Both the position numbers and the translations under genes were made by a program. DNA of 64,000 bases from Tubiluchus corallicola (Eukaryota; Animalia; Priapulida), in NCBI GenBank assembly GCA_030141605.1, contig JAQGDQ010000285.1, forward strand, positions 235,825-299,824. The letters are read 5' to 3'. Below are positions 13,653 to 28,049 of the stretch, in pieces. The stretch's first letter is position 1. Each line of letters begins with the position of its first letter. The notes under the pieces were generated by a model that saw nothing but the letters and a program-made list of their open reading frames with translations, was not told the origin of the DNA and did no database searches.

Positions 13653-13864
13653 CTATTTTGATATATGATAAAAACTTTTCACTTGTTTCAGCTTTTGCGA
13701 AGTTTTATTAGCACTTTTATTAATTGCAGATATAAGGTTTAGAATGTAGTGTTTAAATGCTATTTTGATATATGATAAAAACTTTTCACTTGTTTCAGCT
13801 TTTGCGAAGTTTTATTAGCACTTTTATTAATTGCAGATATAAGGTTTAGAATGTAGTGTTTAAA
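13653..13864. repeat. Near-perfect 107-bp tandem duplication (2 copies)
   Basis: CTATTTTGATATATGATAAAAACTTTTC...GAATGTAGTGTTTAAA begins at 13653 and again at 13760. Confidence 0.9.
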
Positions 13865-15281
13865 CGCAAGTATCTGTACATACAGTCAAACGTATCTATA
13901 CAATGCATGTATAGTATACATACATACGTTTGTATGTATCTCTTTAAACAAAGCTCTATACTGCCTACTTTGGGACTGCAAAGAAAGTTGGCATTAAGCA
14001 AGTTTGTCATTATAACTAGGGTCATTAATACATACAAATACAAACATTTTGTTTTGCCAAAAATATGGACATTAAGCGAGGTCTAAAGTGTGGTGTTATA
14101 ACGAGGTTTGATGGCATTTCTAATGCTACGTCTAAACTATATATCGGAGTCTACTAGTCACACCACTAATTTATTACTAGCTTATGTCTAAATTTACCAA
14201 TCCGAATTCCTGACAAGTGTTGTACCAAACACTAGCATTTGTCGAAATTAAATGAGTATTAAACAAGATATATGAATGAGTCTATGTTTAATATTGTTTA
14301 TTAAAATAGAATATTTCAGCATATTTCGGATACGCCCATCCTTTTTTCTGATAGAGAACAATAGAGAGCATAAGAAAAGCCATTCAAAGGTAAATTTGTC
14401 ACGTGACCACAACGTTGTAATAATGTGTATAAACGTCTTCTCACCAATCATTCTACAATGCGTTATATTGTAGTGACAGAAACTGACGTTGGCCAGACGT
14501 TAGAATTTGATGTTGTAGTCTTGCTGGATTTTGGTTTCAGTCGAAGTGACTTAAATGTAACGTTTGTGCGACGTTACAGACGTAAGTAGATTGTTTGGAT
14601 AACTCGTTGAATGTATCATTGTCTGTGAGAAACCGATACGAATTGTTTAATTCAAGTGTTGCAGAGTTTACTATAATCTTCCAATCCACTTCGTTGCGTC
14701 TCGGGTGTGAACTGGCTATTAGTCCTACTATTAGAAATACCTAGGATGATTCGATATAGTTGTTAAGTTTTTCGCTGTAAAAAGCTACGTGTTTCTGTTG
14801 TTAGAGATATTAGTGACGTGTGGTGCGATTTTCAATGACGTCATAAGTACTTCCTTAACTCCTAGCAAAAGCTTCTTGGCTACCACGCCAGATTTTGATT
14901 AGTCATCATCATTAAACGCCCGTTACGTCTATTGTAGACAATGGGCAGGCAGAATTCAGAAATAAATCTTCCCCCAAGACAGGTAAAGACAGTAGATAAT
15001 CTGCAAAAAACGTTGACACTGCTTGCTAGTGGCGTGTCAGCACTACTTCCGAGCTATTTTGATTTGCAAAGTACAGTATCTGGGTCTGTCGTTAGAGATT
15101 TCAGTTACGTATGATGTGGTTTACAATGACGACATGACTACTTCTTTATCTCGTAGCAACAGCATCTTGCATGGTGTAAGTTTAAGGTTTAGGTTTCAGC
15201 TTGCGGATTACATTCAAACCCTCACAAAAGTAAAAGACAAAAGTCATCAAGCTTTTCTATATTGTAGCTCCAGTTATTAAC

Positions 15282-15570
15282 TACAAAATAATTAGTGGAA
15301 ACACTGTTCTGACAGAGACCCGACTTTTTTCCAGGGCTCACGGAGTTCTTCGTAGTCATAAGTTATTTGTACAACCAGTTAGAACCAACTTCAGATTACA
15401 CTTCTCTCGGCATCGCCTAGTTCAGCCATGGAATCATCTTCCATTGTCAACCATCAGTGCTTCATCAGTTGACAGTTCAAAAGGCATTTGAGAGAGGACT
15501 TGTATACACATAGTTACCATCTAGGTCCTTATTTCTTTGGATAAGATATTGGATAAGGCAAAAGAGAGAA
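15282..15570 (+). mobile_element. 3'-end fragment of a CR1-type non-LTR retrotransposon ORF2
   Basis: Translates as YKIISG...LRSHKLFVQPVRTNFRLHFSRHRLVQPWNHLPLSTISASSVD then, after a frameshift, FKRHL. This matches the CR1 C-terminal YKI..RGH.KL..FS.R.V..WN.LP..A.SV..FK pattern. Confidence 0.7.
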
Positions 15571-17352
15571 ACGTACGACATCATGAAGGGATAAGTAACT
15601 CTAATGTTCTGAAGGAGCGGCAAAGGTTGGTACGCAAATATAAACTGCAGCACAAAAAAACAAGATTCACAGGTATTCAAGTAGGTAAAAATCACATTCC
15701 TTAATTCAACAGACACGAAAAATAAGGTTATGTCTTCTTTCTTATTATAGAAAAAACTAATTACAGAGACGTAAGAAATCGCAGTTAAGACACAAGCAAC
15801 TCAAAAGTTTTTGGGGAACAGAAAGGTAAGACCAATCATGTATCCAAGTCCAATTTGTTAGCACAAAAAAACCAAGATATAAAGCTTGTGTGTTATTACG
15901 ATTTCCTTATTTAAGGGGTACGAAAAATAAGGTTTTGTCTTGTCTTTACGTTACACCAGTTCTAATCGTCGCAACTTGAATTCGGAGATCTGCAGTGAAA
16001 AGCCGTTATTTGATTTAAAGAACTTCTTTGAATTTTATGTTTAAAAATTTCGTGGCTTTAAAGATTCGCATCTTTTCTCACCTTTCTCACCATCCTCCTG
16101 GTAGATTTTCATCTGTCAGCCGGCGAACAGTTGTGTTCGCCATGAGTTACTTGAGCAAAAAAGTACTTCAGTGACTTGCTAGGTCTATCCTGAAGGATTT
16201 GGTCCACAGCTCCTTATTTGGGGTCCCCCATCCGCCACCCGGGGGATGCGCCCGGTAGGGGTTTATCTATCAAATTACGTGCGAATAACAAGCGAAACGT
16301 TCCGATATGATAAAAGCCAAATTTCTACAACTCAAAACAGATCGGACGTAGGCCGTATTTTGTAGCCTGTGTACGCGTATGGAGAAAGAGGTTTAAGAGG
16401 GCTTTAAGTAGTTTCATGATTTTATAAGGTGAAACGCAAGAAGTTAAAAAACTTGTTCAAAGACTGCCATTAAACAAGAAAACTCGACCAGAGAAATTGA
16501 GAATATAATCAGACCTGGTTTAACACATTGATCTTGAACATTGACAGACAGATAACTTTCAAATACCAGCAACTAAAGTACTATGGAGACCAAGTACAGA
16601 AACTGAGGCTGATAATATTGCTGTGCGAAAACGCAATAATAATGACCTCACATCACAATGAATGAAAGGAGGTTTTATCGAACCATCGATGAAGTAGCTC
16701 AGTGAAATTAGAAGTCTATTAAAACCTTGTAATCTGAAGGCTAAATAATATTACATTAATTTGATACACCAAAGTTTAAAATACAATTAACTGTCATCAC
16801 ATTTAAAATACATTACATTATATTAATTACATTACATACACTGGAGTTTAAAGTACAATTAAATTGCATTACTTTTAGCAGATTATTTTTAACAGTTACC
16901 CACAAGCTCTCTCCTTTGAAATTCACCCAAATAAATTACTAATAATAAATTGAGACTTTGCTTGCAAAATGACGTGATAACCACCCGTCAGTAGCAACAG
17001 TTTCTTGGTTACCCTCGTTCAGTCTGCAAAGTTGTTGGAGAAGCTCATTATTGCTATTTTAGGAAAAATTTCGGACGGAAAATGTATAAGCCGTTAAACT
17101 TGCTGATAAATCAAGATCATTTCTGGAATGCATATATATTGTCATGTATTTAATCAGGTCATCGATCAACTAGTCGATTAGGTACGCCTACAAGAAATTT
17201 TGAAGCTGTAAGGACTACATTACTGTAATGTGACAAACCGCTTATTTGTTCTTGTATCGATAAAAACGCTTGTATGTTAGCTAGTAACTTGGTATTAACG
17301 AGAAATATTTTTTGTCACACGTGCGGCGTTGTAGGAAGCTATTAGTTATTGC

Positions 17353-17461
17353 CAGGGCCTATTTCAAGGGGGGAAGTGGGGATACTTCCCCAGGGCCTCA
17401 CCCTCCAGGGGGGCCTCGCGCCAAGGTAACATTTTTTTGCTTTATGCGAACATACTGCCTC

Positions 17462-17534
<73 letters not shown>

Positions 17535-17766
17535 GCCGCACGCGCGCCGTTTGCCAGTATTGACAAGTATTAAGGACTGGTCTTGAGAATAAAGCAACTT
17601 TTCTTTCAAATGTTCTTTCCTTTAACAACTGTATAACCCCATATTTTCTCTTCGAAAATGCTTCTCCGGCGTTCTAGCAGTTCAAACATTTTCTGGGCGC
17701 CAACCATGGTAGCGCCCCCCCCGGCGCTTTCCTCCCCGGGCCCCGCCTAGGCTGAAATAGGCCCTG
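17353..17766. mobile_element. Non-autonomous hAT-type MITE containing a (CT)n tract
   Basis: 14-bp TIRs CAGGGCCTATTTCA (17353-17366) / TGAAATAGGCCCTG (17753-17766); 8-bp TSD GTTATTGC / ATTATTGC (1 mismatch); GC-rich subterminal regions; (CT)n at about 17461-17530. Confidence 0.85.
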
Positions 17767-17969
17767 ATTATTGCAATGTAAAATTTGTATAATTTGTAAT
17801 TGCTATAAAAGGATTTTTTGCTGATGGTTAGAGCAGCACAAATATTCAAGCTCTTGAAGTGAAATCACCACCTCATTTGCAAGTATCCCATCATCCAATT
17901 ACCCCATCTGATATAACATTACAATGCATTCTTTGCTATAACAAAATAATAAAGATACAGAGTACAAGT

Positions 17970-18141
17970 AGACGAGAGAGAGAGCGAGGGGGAGAGAGGG
18001 AGGGAGGAAGAGGGGAAGAGTGAGTGGGGGAGGAATGTGGAAAGAGAGAGAGGGAGGAGGAGAAAAGGAAAGAGGGAGGAAGGAGAAAGAGAGAGGGAGG
18101 AAGGTGTACGGTGAGAGAGAGAGGGGAGAGGGGAGGGAGAG

Positions 18142-18188
<47 letters not shown>

Positions 18189-18190
18189 AT
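17970..18190. repeat. GA-rich low-complexity / (GA)n microsatellite
   Basis: Purine-rich tract ending in pure (GA)n. Confidence 0.9.
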
Positions 18191-18947
18191 TGAGAGCAAA
18201 ATAAAAGACAAAAAGAGAATAAAGATGGAAAGAAGAGCGTGAGAGAACGAGGAAATGAGTGTTGACGATTGAGCCAGGTGTGAGAAGTGGTTGATTTTGT
18301 GAATTGGCGAGAGGCTCAGCGAGTAGTTGAGTAGGTGAACGGCTGGATGGATGCATAACTGTGTAACATGGTGAGTGTTGGGGTGATTGACTGAACGAGG
18401 AAGTAGAAAAGTAAGTAAGAGAATTGGTACATAAAAGCGTGAATGTGAGTGTGTGATTTGCTAGCCTGATAGAGTTGTGATACAGTAATGAGACTTAATT
18501 TTTTGTGATTAAATTTGTAGCTTTTACAGATTTACTATTTGCAGGAAAAGACTCTTTTTACGGAAAAAGCCTGAAACATGTTGCCTGATGACACGCCCAT
18601 GGTTTGAAATTACCGAGCAGCTTGCCACAGTGTAATTAAGCCTGTGGTGCCTCGATTAGATTGTCACACCTCCCCGTTCGAAATCTCAAACTTTTTGTAA
18701 TATGTGCTCGAATGAAACGCTTGTAACTCGTTTCTTCTAGCAAGTAATTATAGATATAGTTACCGTTACAGCTACCATTATTAAAAGTACCTAATTCTTT
18801 ACCGTTACAAGTTTCCGAAATTTTAATTTTACTGTAACTTCCTTATTTGTAATACGTCATAGTACAATGCTCCCCCCCCCCCAACACTCAGGCTCCCTCT
18901 TATATTATTTGCCGCTGGACTTCGGATACTAGCATGCAGTCGATATC

Positions 18948-19148
18948 TGGACAGTAGGATTTTTGGGCTGTGGGCACTTGGGCTGGGGACGCTTGGGCAG
19001 TGTACACTTTGCAGAGTAGTGAGAGTACTGTTGGTTAGTGACACTTGGACATTGACTTTTGAGCTGTAGGACGTAACGACTGTGAACATTGCATTTGCAG
19101 TAGGACATTTAGACTGTGGACACTTGTACAGTGGGGCACTCGGGCAGT
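18948..19148. repeat. Degenerate ~15-bp minisatellite (GGGCACTTGGGCTGT-like), possibly transposon-internal
   Basis: Recurring GG(G/A)CAC(T)TG / GGACATTT-like units at about 15-nt spacing near both ends of the interval. Confidence 0.5.
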
Positions 19149-19315
19149 TGATATTAAAATGTACAAATATTAAAACCGAGATAATTCTTAATGACAAGAA
19201 TAGAATGATGCAATTATTTTTCTGATTATCCAATATGTTAGATAATTAAAGAATTCTGCAAAATTCATTTTCATTATTGAGTTATTTTTTATTAACTATA
19301 CATATATTTTTTGTG

Positions 19316-21260
19316 CTAATTTCCAAATTCGTGGACTAGGCCCGTTCCCTTAAAACGTTCTTCGTTTACTTTATCCAATGTTTCACTCATCGCTACCGTC
19401 AGATGATTTTTCCAGTCTCCTACTTTGCCTAAAAAACAAAACGTTCTAGTTAAATAGGAGACACACACCTAATCTGCTACAAATCTTTTATAACCTTGTG
19501 CCGCGTCTTGCAACTTCATTTATTAATATTTATTCTTTCACTAAAATCAGCAAACAGATGGAAGTAGAAGCAGCATGCATGTGATTGTCTGTTATTTTAG
19601 AATTTAGGTGAAATCACACTCTTATAATTGTAGTTCTGTAAATTTTTATTCATTCATTATAATGCTGCATCAATGGGATATTATCATGGCATCATTAAAT
19701 ATTCAGCCAGAATAATACCAAGATAAAAATATCAACAGCACTTATAATACTCGATAGACGGCGCTTCTACCCTCCATTTCAATAATAGGAGTTTGGAGCA
19801 GACAGTTCGCTAAAGAAAAAAAAACAATTCTGTTTTTAATGATAGCTAAATCTGTTCAAGGTGATACACGGCCTGGCATTAATCTGTTACGTTTACAAGG
19901 CTTTTTGTCACTAGCGAAAATCAAAGACTCTGTTTGCAGCTAGCGGCTGTGACCAATTTCCTAGATATTTCTATCTAGGAAATCGTCCCAGGGGTAGTTG
20001 GACTCGCGATGAAGCCTTTCCAGGAGTAATTTTTGCAAAACGTCAAATGATGCGAAAGCCTAGCATACAAGTATTGTTTTTTGCGACTGTGTTTGTGTTT
20101 TTGTGCACACAAGCAACATAATTATATCAAAAAGTATAGTAAGTATGAGGCAATGATAATAAAACTACACAATTTTTACTGTCACGGGAGTCTTTCATAC
20201 GTTTCAAAATAGATCTTTACAGTTATAATTAATGCGCGTAAAAACGCGTTCAGACTTAGGTCCGTCTTCACTGAGTCACGCTGAAAATTATCATTTTTGC
20301 ATGTCACGTGACTGTGAAAGTTTGCAACACAGCAGTGGCCACGCGAAACAAAATTCGGAAATTCTGATCGGTAAATTTCATCGGGGAAGCAATTTACTCA
20401 AGAATTGTGCATGTTGAATTTTGCAAGCGGAAAGAAAACCACTTTTGGGTTAATTGTTTTTACAAAGAGTTTTGTGTTATTTTGTATCTTTATAAGTTTT
20501 AATAAAAGCGTTTAGAGTTCTGATTAATTCATGTGTCTAAAGCATTTGTTTCCGCCTGCCTGCGTTTATTATTTGCAAATTGTCTGTCTTGTTAGAAATT
20601 AAGTGCTTACCCGGCTATCAGAGGGGGGGATGCCCATTTCCCCGCCTCGCAAGTTTTTTGTTAAATTTAATTATCAATGACTAATGGTAGAAGTGCTACT
20701 CGGAACGTAAAAGGAGGGCATTTTCTATAGCGGTATCAGGCAAAGCTGTCATTCATGCTGGCCGGACTTGAAGAGGCCTATATAGCCTATAGTATAATAT
20801 AAAGCCCTGAGGCCTTTTTTAAATTACACCCCACTTAATCTCAGAAAACTTGAAAATTATATACTTTTTAGTTATTTAATAGCAAAGTGAACAAATTTTT
20901 TTCGAATAAATGCACTTACTGATTACATATTAATAATTTATAACAAATAGCGTGACATACAAACAAACATTCCTGAGCGTAAGATAAGTAATAAAGAACG
21001 CGCTTACAAAATCGCAAAAATTATATCAGATAAGTATATGCTACGCATCTTATCACTTTCTATGCATGTGATGTACAGACAATTTTTATTGAAACATGAT
21101 TGCTCTCAGTTCATTTTTGATTCTCTTTAGCTGTGAACATGATCTTTCTCGATGATAATCAGTACCTGATTACCTGAGGTAACAAATGAATACATAACCC
21201 AATCTGGAATCTTTTTAAGCCAACATGCAGATTGTGAGACCTTAAGCTGCAATTTGTTAA

Positions 21261-21344
<84 letters not shown>

Positions 21345-21345
21345 C

Positions 21346-21391
<46 letters not shown>

Positions 21392-21433
21392 TTAATAATA
21401 ATAATAATAATAGTAATAATAATAATAATAATA

Positions 21434-21469
<36 letters not shown>

Positions 21470-24400
21470 TTTATTTAAAGTCGGTTTAGCTTGTACCCAA
21501 ATCTGGTGCTGCATTCATGCCACTATCGGAATCATTAGGCCTACACTACATCCTGCAATTCCTTAGAAGGTTAGAGTGCCAAAAAGTTCCTATGTTGAAA
21601 TACAAAACAAAATTATAGTATTATTTAAAATCATCAATGCAAAAACTATTAACAGCTATTATCAGACGCCGCACTAAGTACAAAAATATTCTCACAATGT
21701 AATAAAGTCCTACTCCTACTTATACATTGAATGTTTAGCATCGTCATAACATTTATATTCATAATGGTCATAGAATATACTGTAATAGAATGGTCTGAGC
21801 TGCATCCTGTGGTAGTTTACTAACCAAAACTTCCTTGAATCAAATTGTAAAAGTTCAAAAATAAATATAATGTACGTAACAGTGATCTAATTTCATAACA
21901 GTATAATTCTATAAACGTTGCTCATAACTTATCTATAGGTGTATAGGTTAGACATCTTGTTTCTGTTTTGATCAACATGTATTACCTTTTCTGAAGAAGG
22001 TTGTAGAGTCTTTGTTTCTACACTCCGTATCGGCGTAGGAGTAATTTAGCTTATCGTTTCCTCTCATAGAGTTGAAGGCTGTCTCCTTCACAACGATATT
22101 CACTTCCTCTTCTGTAAGACCTTTTCCTAAAAATTCGCCAACTTTTTGGACATGTCCAAATGGATCCTAACGTGAATGAAAACTCGATTTCAATCTGTGG
22201 AATTTCTGTGTGAAATTAATCAGTCAATTGTTGTTTCAAGATTTTCAAAACTATGATAAATACAAAAAGAAATTCAGCCATAGAGAACGATAAGTTCGTT
22301 CAATGTGTCACAATTCAAAACTAGTAATAATAAAACAAATAAGTAAGAACATGCTTTATCCACCCCACTACCAAAGCAATTAAATAATGTAAATCGAACA
22401 ATAGAACAGGTTCGCAGATAGGACCTATAGAGAACAATGTTACAACATGCTGTTGCTGCTACAATTGTTGCGGCTGTTGTTGCTACTGCTGCCGCTATTA
22501 TTGCTGTTGCTGCTATTGTTACTGTTGCTGTTACAACTTTTGCGGCTGCTACTGTTACTGCTGCCGCTATTATTGTTGTTGTTGCTGTTTCTGTAGATGT
22601 TGCTTTGGTAATAAACGTGTTACAAATAAAATTTCACGTAGGAATAACAATACTTAAAAGGCATCTTCAAAAACAGGTCCGATGTTTGACACGCTTCAGT
22701 TACATAGTTTGATATCGTTTTGGCTTATCTTACCTTCAGCATTTCCTCATAGTGCACAAACAAGACATTATCCCAGTCTCTGCAGTTCCAAGCTTCTTTA
22801 TTATGCTCCCAATAATCTCCAAATTGACCTACAGAAACAAGTCTGTCACGAATTCAAAGTAAAACTTTTCGTTTTTAAGCAGGTAAAATTGAGCTAGTTT
22901 TGTATGACGAATTTTAAGTACATCTAGATTTTCGATGCCTAGAATCCTTAGGTCTTTAGCTGCAGCGATATTTTTAAGGCGTGTTTCATACATTGAAAGA
23001 ACACATAGCATTGTAAAAAATTTAAACACAATGAATAAGCAAATGAATGATCTACTGAATCGAAAGACTATGTGAGTGAATAAACTAATGAATAAATGAA
23101 TGAAAGAAAGAAAGAATGGATGGATGGATGGATGGATGGATGGATGGATGGATGGACGGATTGACGGATGAATAAAAGAACGAACGAACGAATGAATGAA
23201 TGGATTTAGGCAAGCTGTACTACGGGTAAGATAAATGCAACACTTTTGTAAAGCAATAATATTTAAAATATTGCTGACATGGGTAAGTTTAGTGACTCAC
23301 ATATCCCGTTGATGAAACGTTGGAAGAATTCTTCGAACGTGGAATGCTTTGCATTAATCCACGGCGGCATTTTGAATCCAGTCTCAAAATGGAAGAATGA
23401 AACTAAAGTATCTTTAGGGTTTCTTGTTACATAGATGATCTGAAATTGTAATGTGTCATCGTTAGTCACGCTGCGAAATCTGAAACTTTATTAACTTTGT
23501 TTTACATGCTTAAATTGTTTCATATGAAATATAATAATTGTTTCTTATGAGAAGATACATAATAATTCCTGGATTTTTGCGTTATTTCTTTCGGTATTTC
23601 TCGTGCACCCATTGCATACCTTATAAATTTAGCGTGCCAGTGTTATTATAGTAACTATAGTGTTATTAACTATTGTTTTTATTTTACATTAAGTTTTATT
23701 TCAACACATAACAAGTACCACAAAACAGTAAATAAAAATTAATAAAAATAAAAATATTTAATTAAAAATAATTATTTAAAAATACTACTGCAAGGCAAAT
23801 AAAAATAAATATTTACACAACAAAGAGAGGATTAGCAAGCTAAATATTTTAGAGGGTAAGTGTATGTTTCCAATAGTCAAAATGTTTGAAGTTAAAATGA
23901 CAGCACTATGAAAAAATAAACCCGTGTGACTACATTGTTTGAATTTGAAATCCGCTGATGAAGGCTAAAAGCATTTTTACGTAAAATGACTTTAAAATTA
24001 TTGCAGCCATTCTCTGCACATATTCTAAATTTAAACAGAACACGCTTGACATCAACAGAGCAAAAATTAAAATTTCTGAAAAGAATATTAAAGCATAAAA
24101 TAGGTGCAACTGATTTAAAATATCAGCATCATCGTTACAATTACCATGTGACCATGATATTTTGCTTCATGTTAGCATTCAATCGGTTCTCCTGACAATG
24201 TTACATTAGCCAACTATGTGTGTGTATGTGCTTATTATAAGCGTGTATGCTTATTATGTTTATATATGTATGAACTAGTTACTGCTTCTTTGTTTTAAGT
24301 TTAAACATTAATTTAAAAAGCCAAGCTAGACTGGCACGTTAATTTACATTTTTAGATCACGTTTAAATACTTATATATTGATTTATACACCGCAAACGGG

Positions 24401-27124
24401 TGGATCACATTTTGTGATCCATTTTCCTCTCCAGTCTCTGATTACCATATTAACTTTGACGAAAGAAAAGTGATTTTACCTTCGGGTGCTTTTTTCTTTC
24501 TAAAATATCTGAATTCAACAGGTGCAAAGGAATGTGCGTTTTAAATATTCTCGGAGATGCCTTGGCTTCCCAGTCCACTTTATCGGGATTTCCCATTGTT
24601 CCCATTCTAGTCGGATACTCTATCATCGGTACAAGTTCCTCCAAATTCTGTCCCTTCCAGGTGGTGTCTAGCCCGTTCATGATGAGCCACACAATAGCCT
24701 GCATCCATGTTGTACCTGTGAAATAATTTTTTCTTTCGTAAAAGATTTGCTGACACAAACTAAGCTGAATCGAAATTACAATTTCACTTAAAAGCGCACT
24801 TTAATTTCAGTTTAAAGCATTTGTTACTAGATATAAACAAAGAGGTAGTAAGCAATTAGCGATGGTATTAAGGTAATAAAAGGTATAAAACATTTGACAT
24901 ACGCATGAATATACAGTATTTAATTATTTATTTGAGTTTTTGTGTCTTATATTATCCGTTTTTTTCTTCACTTCTGCTTGTGCATACACCTAATATAAAT
25001 CAAACTTAAACTAAACGCTTGACACAAAAAATAACCAATAAATATTTGAAAACGTTTTCGAAAAGAATGTATCAAACTTCTTGTAGTAAACAATTTATTA
25101 TAACTCCATATTTTTTTGTTTTTCCCCGGTTCAGTTTTGCAGTATATTTGAGGCACCCGGTCTCAGTGTATCAGGAATCACACAGCTAGAAATACTATAA
25201 TTAAGTTGGACATTAGCCAGTAATTGCTGAGCAACTGAACTGATTTTTTCAGGTTAGTGCAACAGACATCCAGAACAGTGCAACAGAAGAACTTAATAGA
25301 CTGCTTAATGCTTCGAAGTCTTCAAGTCTGCTAATTCCCATGCAGCATAGTTTAAGATCGCTTACGTGTTATCAAGAGAAGTAGTTAAATTCGTTGATTT
25401 TTTGTTGCAAGAACAGCCTTGTTCGCTTGGTTTTTAATTAGCATGACGTCACCGGCGCAAGCTTAACAAGTGCGTTGCAAAAAGGCTACTGTTTTTAGAT
25501 ACCTTTTTAAAACAAATCTGGCAGTAGAAATGATTTCAGTCAGCACTTTTAAAAGTGTGCTCCCCACATTTTTAGACACTTGGGTAAACACTAGTATTTT
25601 TTCGAATGAGCAAAAAGTTTAGGGAGAACAAAGATTGCCTCAAACGTTTAACTCAAAATTTTGCACATAATTATATTTGTTAGTGATTAGATTTTATTAT
25701 GACTGCTAGTGCAATCAGCGAAGTGCAATCGCGCACCCTCTATTCTACATAATGCGTCCCAAACGATTTTTTCGTGACGTCTATTTTGTGCTGTTCTGTT
25801 TCACTGCGATACTATTTTGTGTGTTATGTTGAAGTAACAGTTGTGGAAAATCGAGAGAAATGGAATGTCTGTACGTGAAGTTGTTGGCCACACAAAATTT
25901 GTGGCTGACAATGCTTATATTCCCCAACCTCAAAGTGATCTATCCTTAGCACTTAAGACATCGTCATGCGTAGTCTATAAACACTGCCAATAGTACAAAA
26001 GGTTCAACGAATTCTTTGCATAAATTCACAAAATTCACAAAGAACTACACAAAAATGCTTGACAGACTTTGATAAAGCACTGTACGTGAATACTGTTATG
26101 AGGTACGTACAACATTTTGGATAAGTTGCAATGAAAATATCATGAATTCCACTGCAGGCATAAACGGAATACTGTATTGGAGTGGCAAATAAATATCACT
26201 GTATTGTTCAAGAAATGGAGTCACAGAATGTTTAGAATCTCCCATGTTTTCAATGACTATTAATTATCTCATCTGACAGAAAACCTTGAGTAGCGCATGA
26301 AATTTTTGGCATTTCTGAAAGCTGGGCCACAAATTTTTCAGCAAATTATATAAACGCACGTTTGGTTTACAGAAAGACCTCGTCGCTCAGACTCCGATCT
26401 TTGTACGTTCGAAGATGGAATTTGGAATTATTTGTACGATAATTTTACTTATCATAACTCTTATTTCATGCGCCCTGTATGACTCTAGTTTACTTGACAA
26501 TTATTGCTACTGTCTGAAAATATATCTTAAATACGACTGCACTTTTATAGAGTTAAAAACTTATATATTTTTAAAAAAATAAAGTCCGGTTTTTGATACA
26601 AACAATAGATAATGCGGCACCACACAGTGTGTAATAAGGGACGCAAGTTAAGCAACGCCAGGCCTGATCTATAACCAAGTCCATAATGAGACAGGTTGAC
26701 AAAAAATTCCACTTAAGGACAGTTCTAAGGAAAACGCTAGTATGACTCATCGGATATTAGTGTACCTTAGTATTTTGATGTGATTTGTGTAATTATGATG
26801 GGTAGAAAATAAATTGTAGATGGACATGTCAAAGTCACCATGACATGGTTAAATGAATAAATATTTAGAAATGTAACTATGCTGACGTATGAGTAATTAA
26901 CATACATGTATTGATTTTTTCTACAATAAATTTACAGCAAGATATTACTTGTTAACGTAGTTGTGAAAATACGTACCACATTTTGGATAAGTCACAACGA
27001 AAACATCGTCATCACGTATTTTCATGAATTCCACTGTAGGCATAAACGGAATACTAAAAAATGGCAAATGAATGTCCTTATATTTTTTCAGAAATGCGCT
27101 CAGGGAACTCTCCAAATCCGCCAT
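19316..27124 (-). CDS. Cytosolic sulfotransferase (SULT, PAPS-dependent), about 303 aa using first exon B
   Basis: Exons (minus): 27124-26977 (MADLESS..IRDDDVFVVTYPKCG, 5'-PSB loop), 24715-24480 (GTTWMQAIV..SPRIFKTH), 23439-23301 (IIYVTRNPKDTLVSFFHF, 3'-PB), 22828-22734 (FGDYWEH..NVLFVHYEEMLK), 22166-21986 (DPFGHVQKVGEFLG..FFRKG), 19428-19316 (KVGDWKNHLT..EFGN*). All GT-AG with consistent phases; 912 nt in total. Confidence 0.93.
21260..21470. repeat. Compound (TAC)n(TAA)n microsatellite
   Basis: Read directly; lies in the last SULT intron. Confidence 0.95.
22448..22605. repeat. Degenerate (GCT/GTT/ACT)n trinucleotide tract
   Basis: Read directly; intronic. Confidence 0.85.
23116..23170. 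repeat. (TGGA)n microsatellite with degenerate tetranucleotide flanks
   Basis: Read directly; intronic. Confidence 0.9.
26111..26245 (-). pseudogene. Broken third copy (C) of the SULT first coding exon
   Basis: Reads MGDSKHSVTPFLEQYSDIYLPLQYSIPFMPAVEFM, then a 16-nt deletion relative to exon B removes the KIRDD region and shifts DIFIATYPKC out of frame; donor GTACGT is retained. Confidence 0.85.
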
Positions 27125-28049
27125 GTTTTTTAGCGAGCAAAATTTTCGCCTTTGTATCGAAGTCACAAAATTTTGTATGAATTAGGTCAGGTATGTTTGG
27201 CTTTCAGAGACTCTAAAAGCCTTGACTTTTGTACATTGGAAGTTGAAATTTGGAACCATCCTAAGACCTTTACTAATACAGTCAGTAGTTATCATTAGTT
27301 CACTACAGTCTTTATGAGACTATTCAACTACCTCGTCTTATTAAAATTTTACATTACATGTATTAAGCCCTTTTACAAACCTCAACAAGTTAGTTTTTTA
27401 AGGTTACAAATCAATTTCAAATAAAACCGGCAGATAAAATGGCAACTTCGACACACGGTGTCTCATTGGTTGCGGAAGTTAAGCAACACTCAGCCTGACT
27501 AGTGAATGTCGGTAAAACTGCTTCCGAGTGATTTCGTCTGCCATACTGCCACGCTATTTATCTCTCTGGAAAATGATCTGTGTGGTCTAAATGTAGTGAA
27601 AGACACCTTGCTGATTCAGTGACGATTATTTGAAGATAAAATTTTAGATTCCGATCCCGCCACAGATAGCTTCATTAACATGCTTTTGGCTGCTGGAAGC
27701 CATCTTGTAAAGTGCGCATAAGGGTATGAAAATATAATTACATAGACGGGAGCACTGTTTTGGTTGAGGACTCTAGTAAAATCTAAACACATTTGATTCA
27801 CGCCGAGCTACTACTATTCACTGCAGTGTTACAGTAAGTTGTATTTGATTATTTGTATTTATTCCACTAACTTGCGGACTTTGAAGCACAAGAATGAACG
27901 ACCAGGTTGCGAACAAACTGCTGACTAGTTCAAGTGGTGATTCGTACGAAAGAGTGTATTAGGGTCATGATATCCGATTATAAAAATCTGGTTATAACCT
28001 TTTACAATAATCTGGTTATAATCCCTTCAATATGATCATGTAGCTGTTA

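Noticed and set aside
17312-18356. ORFs rich in ER or SL dipeptides
   Set aside because: Translations of (GA)/(CT) microsatellites.
21159-22712. Poly-Leu/Ile/Val/Ala ORFs that look like membrane proteins
   Set aside because: Trinucleotide microsatellites inside SULT introns.
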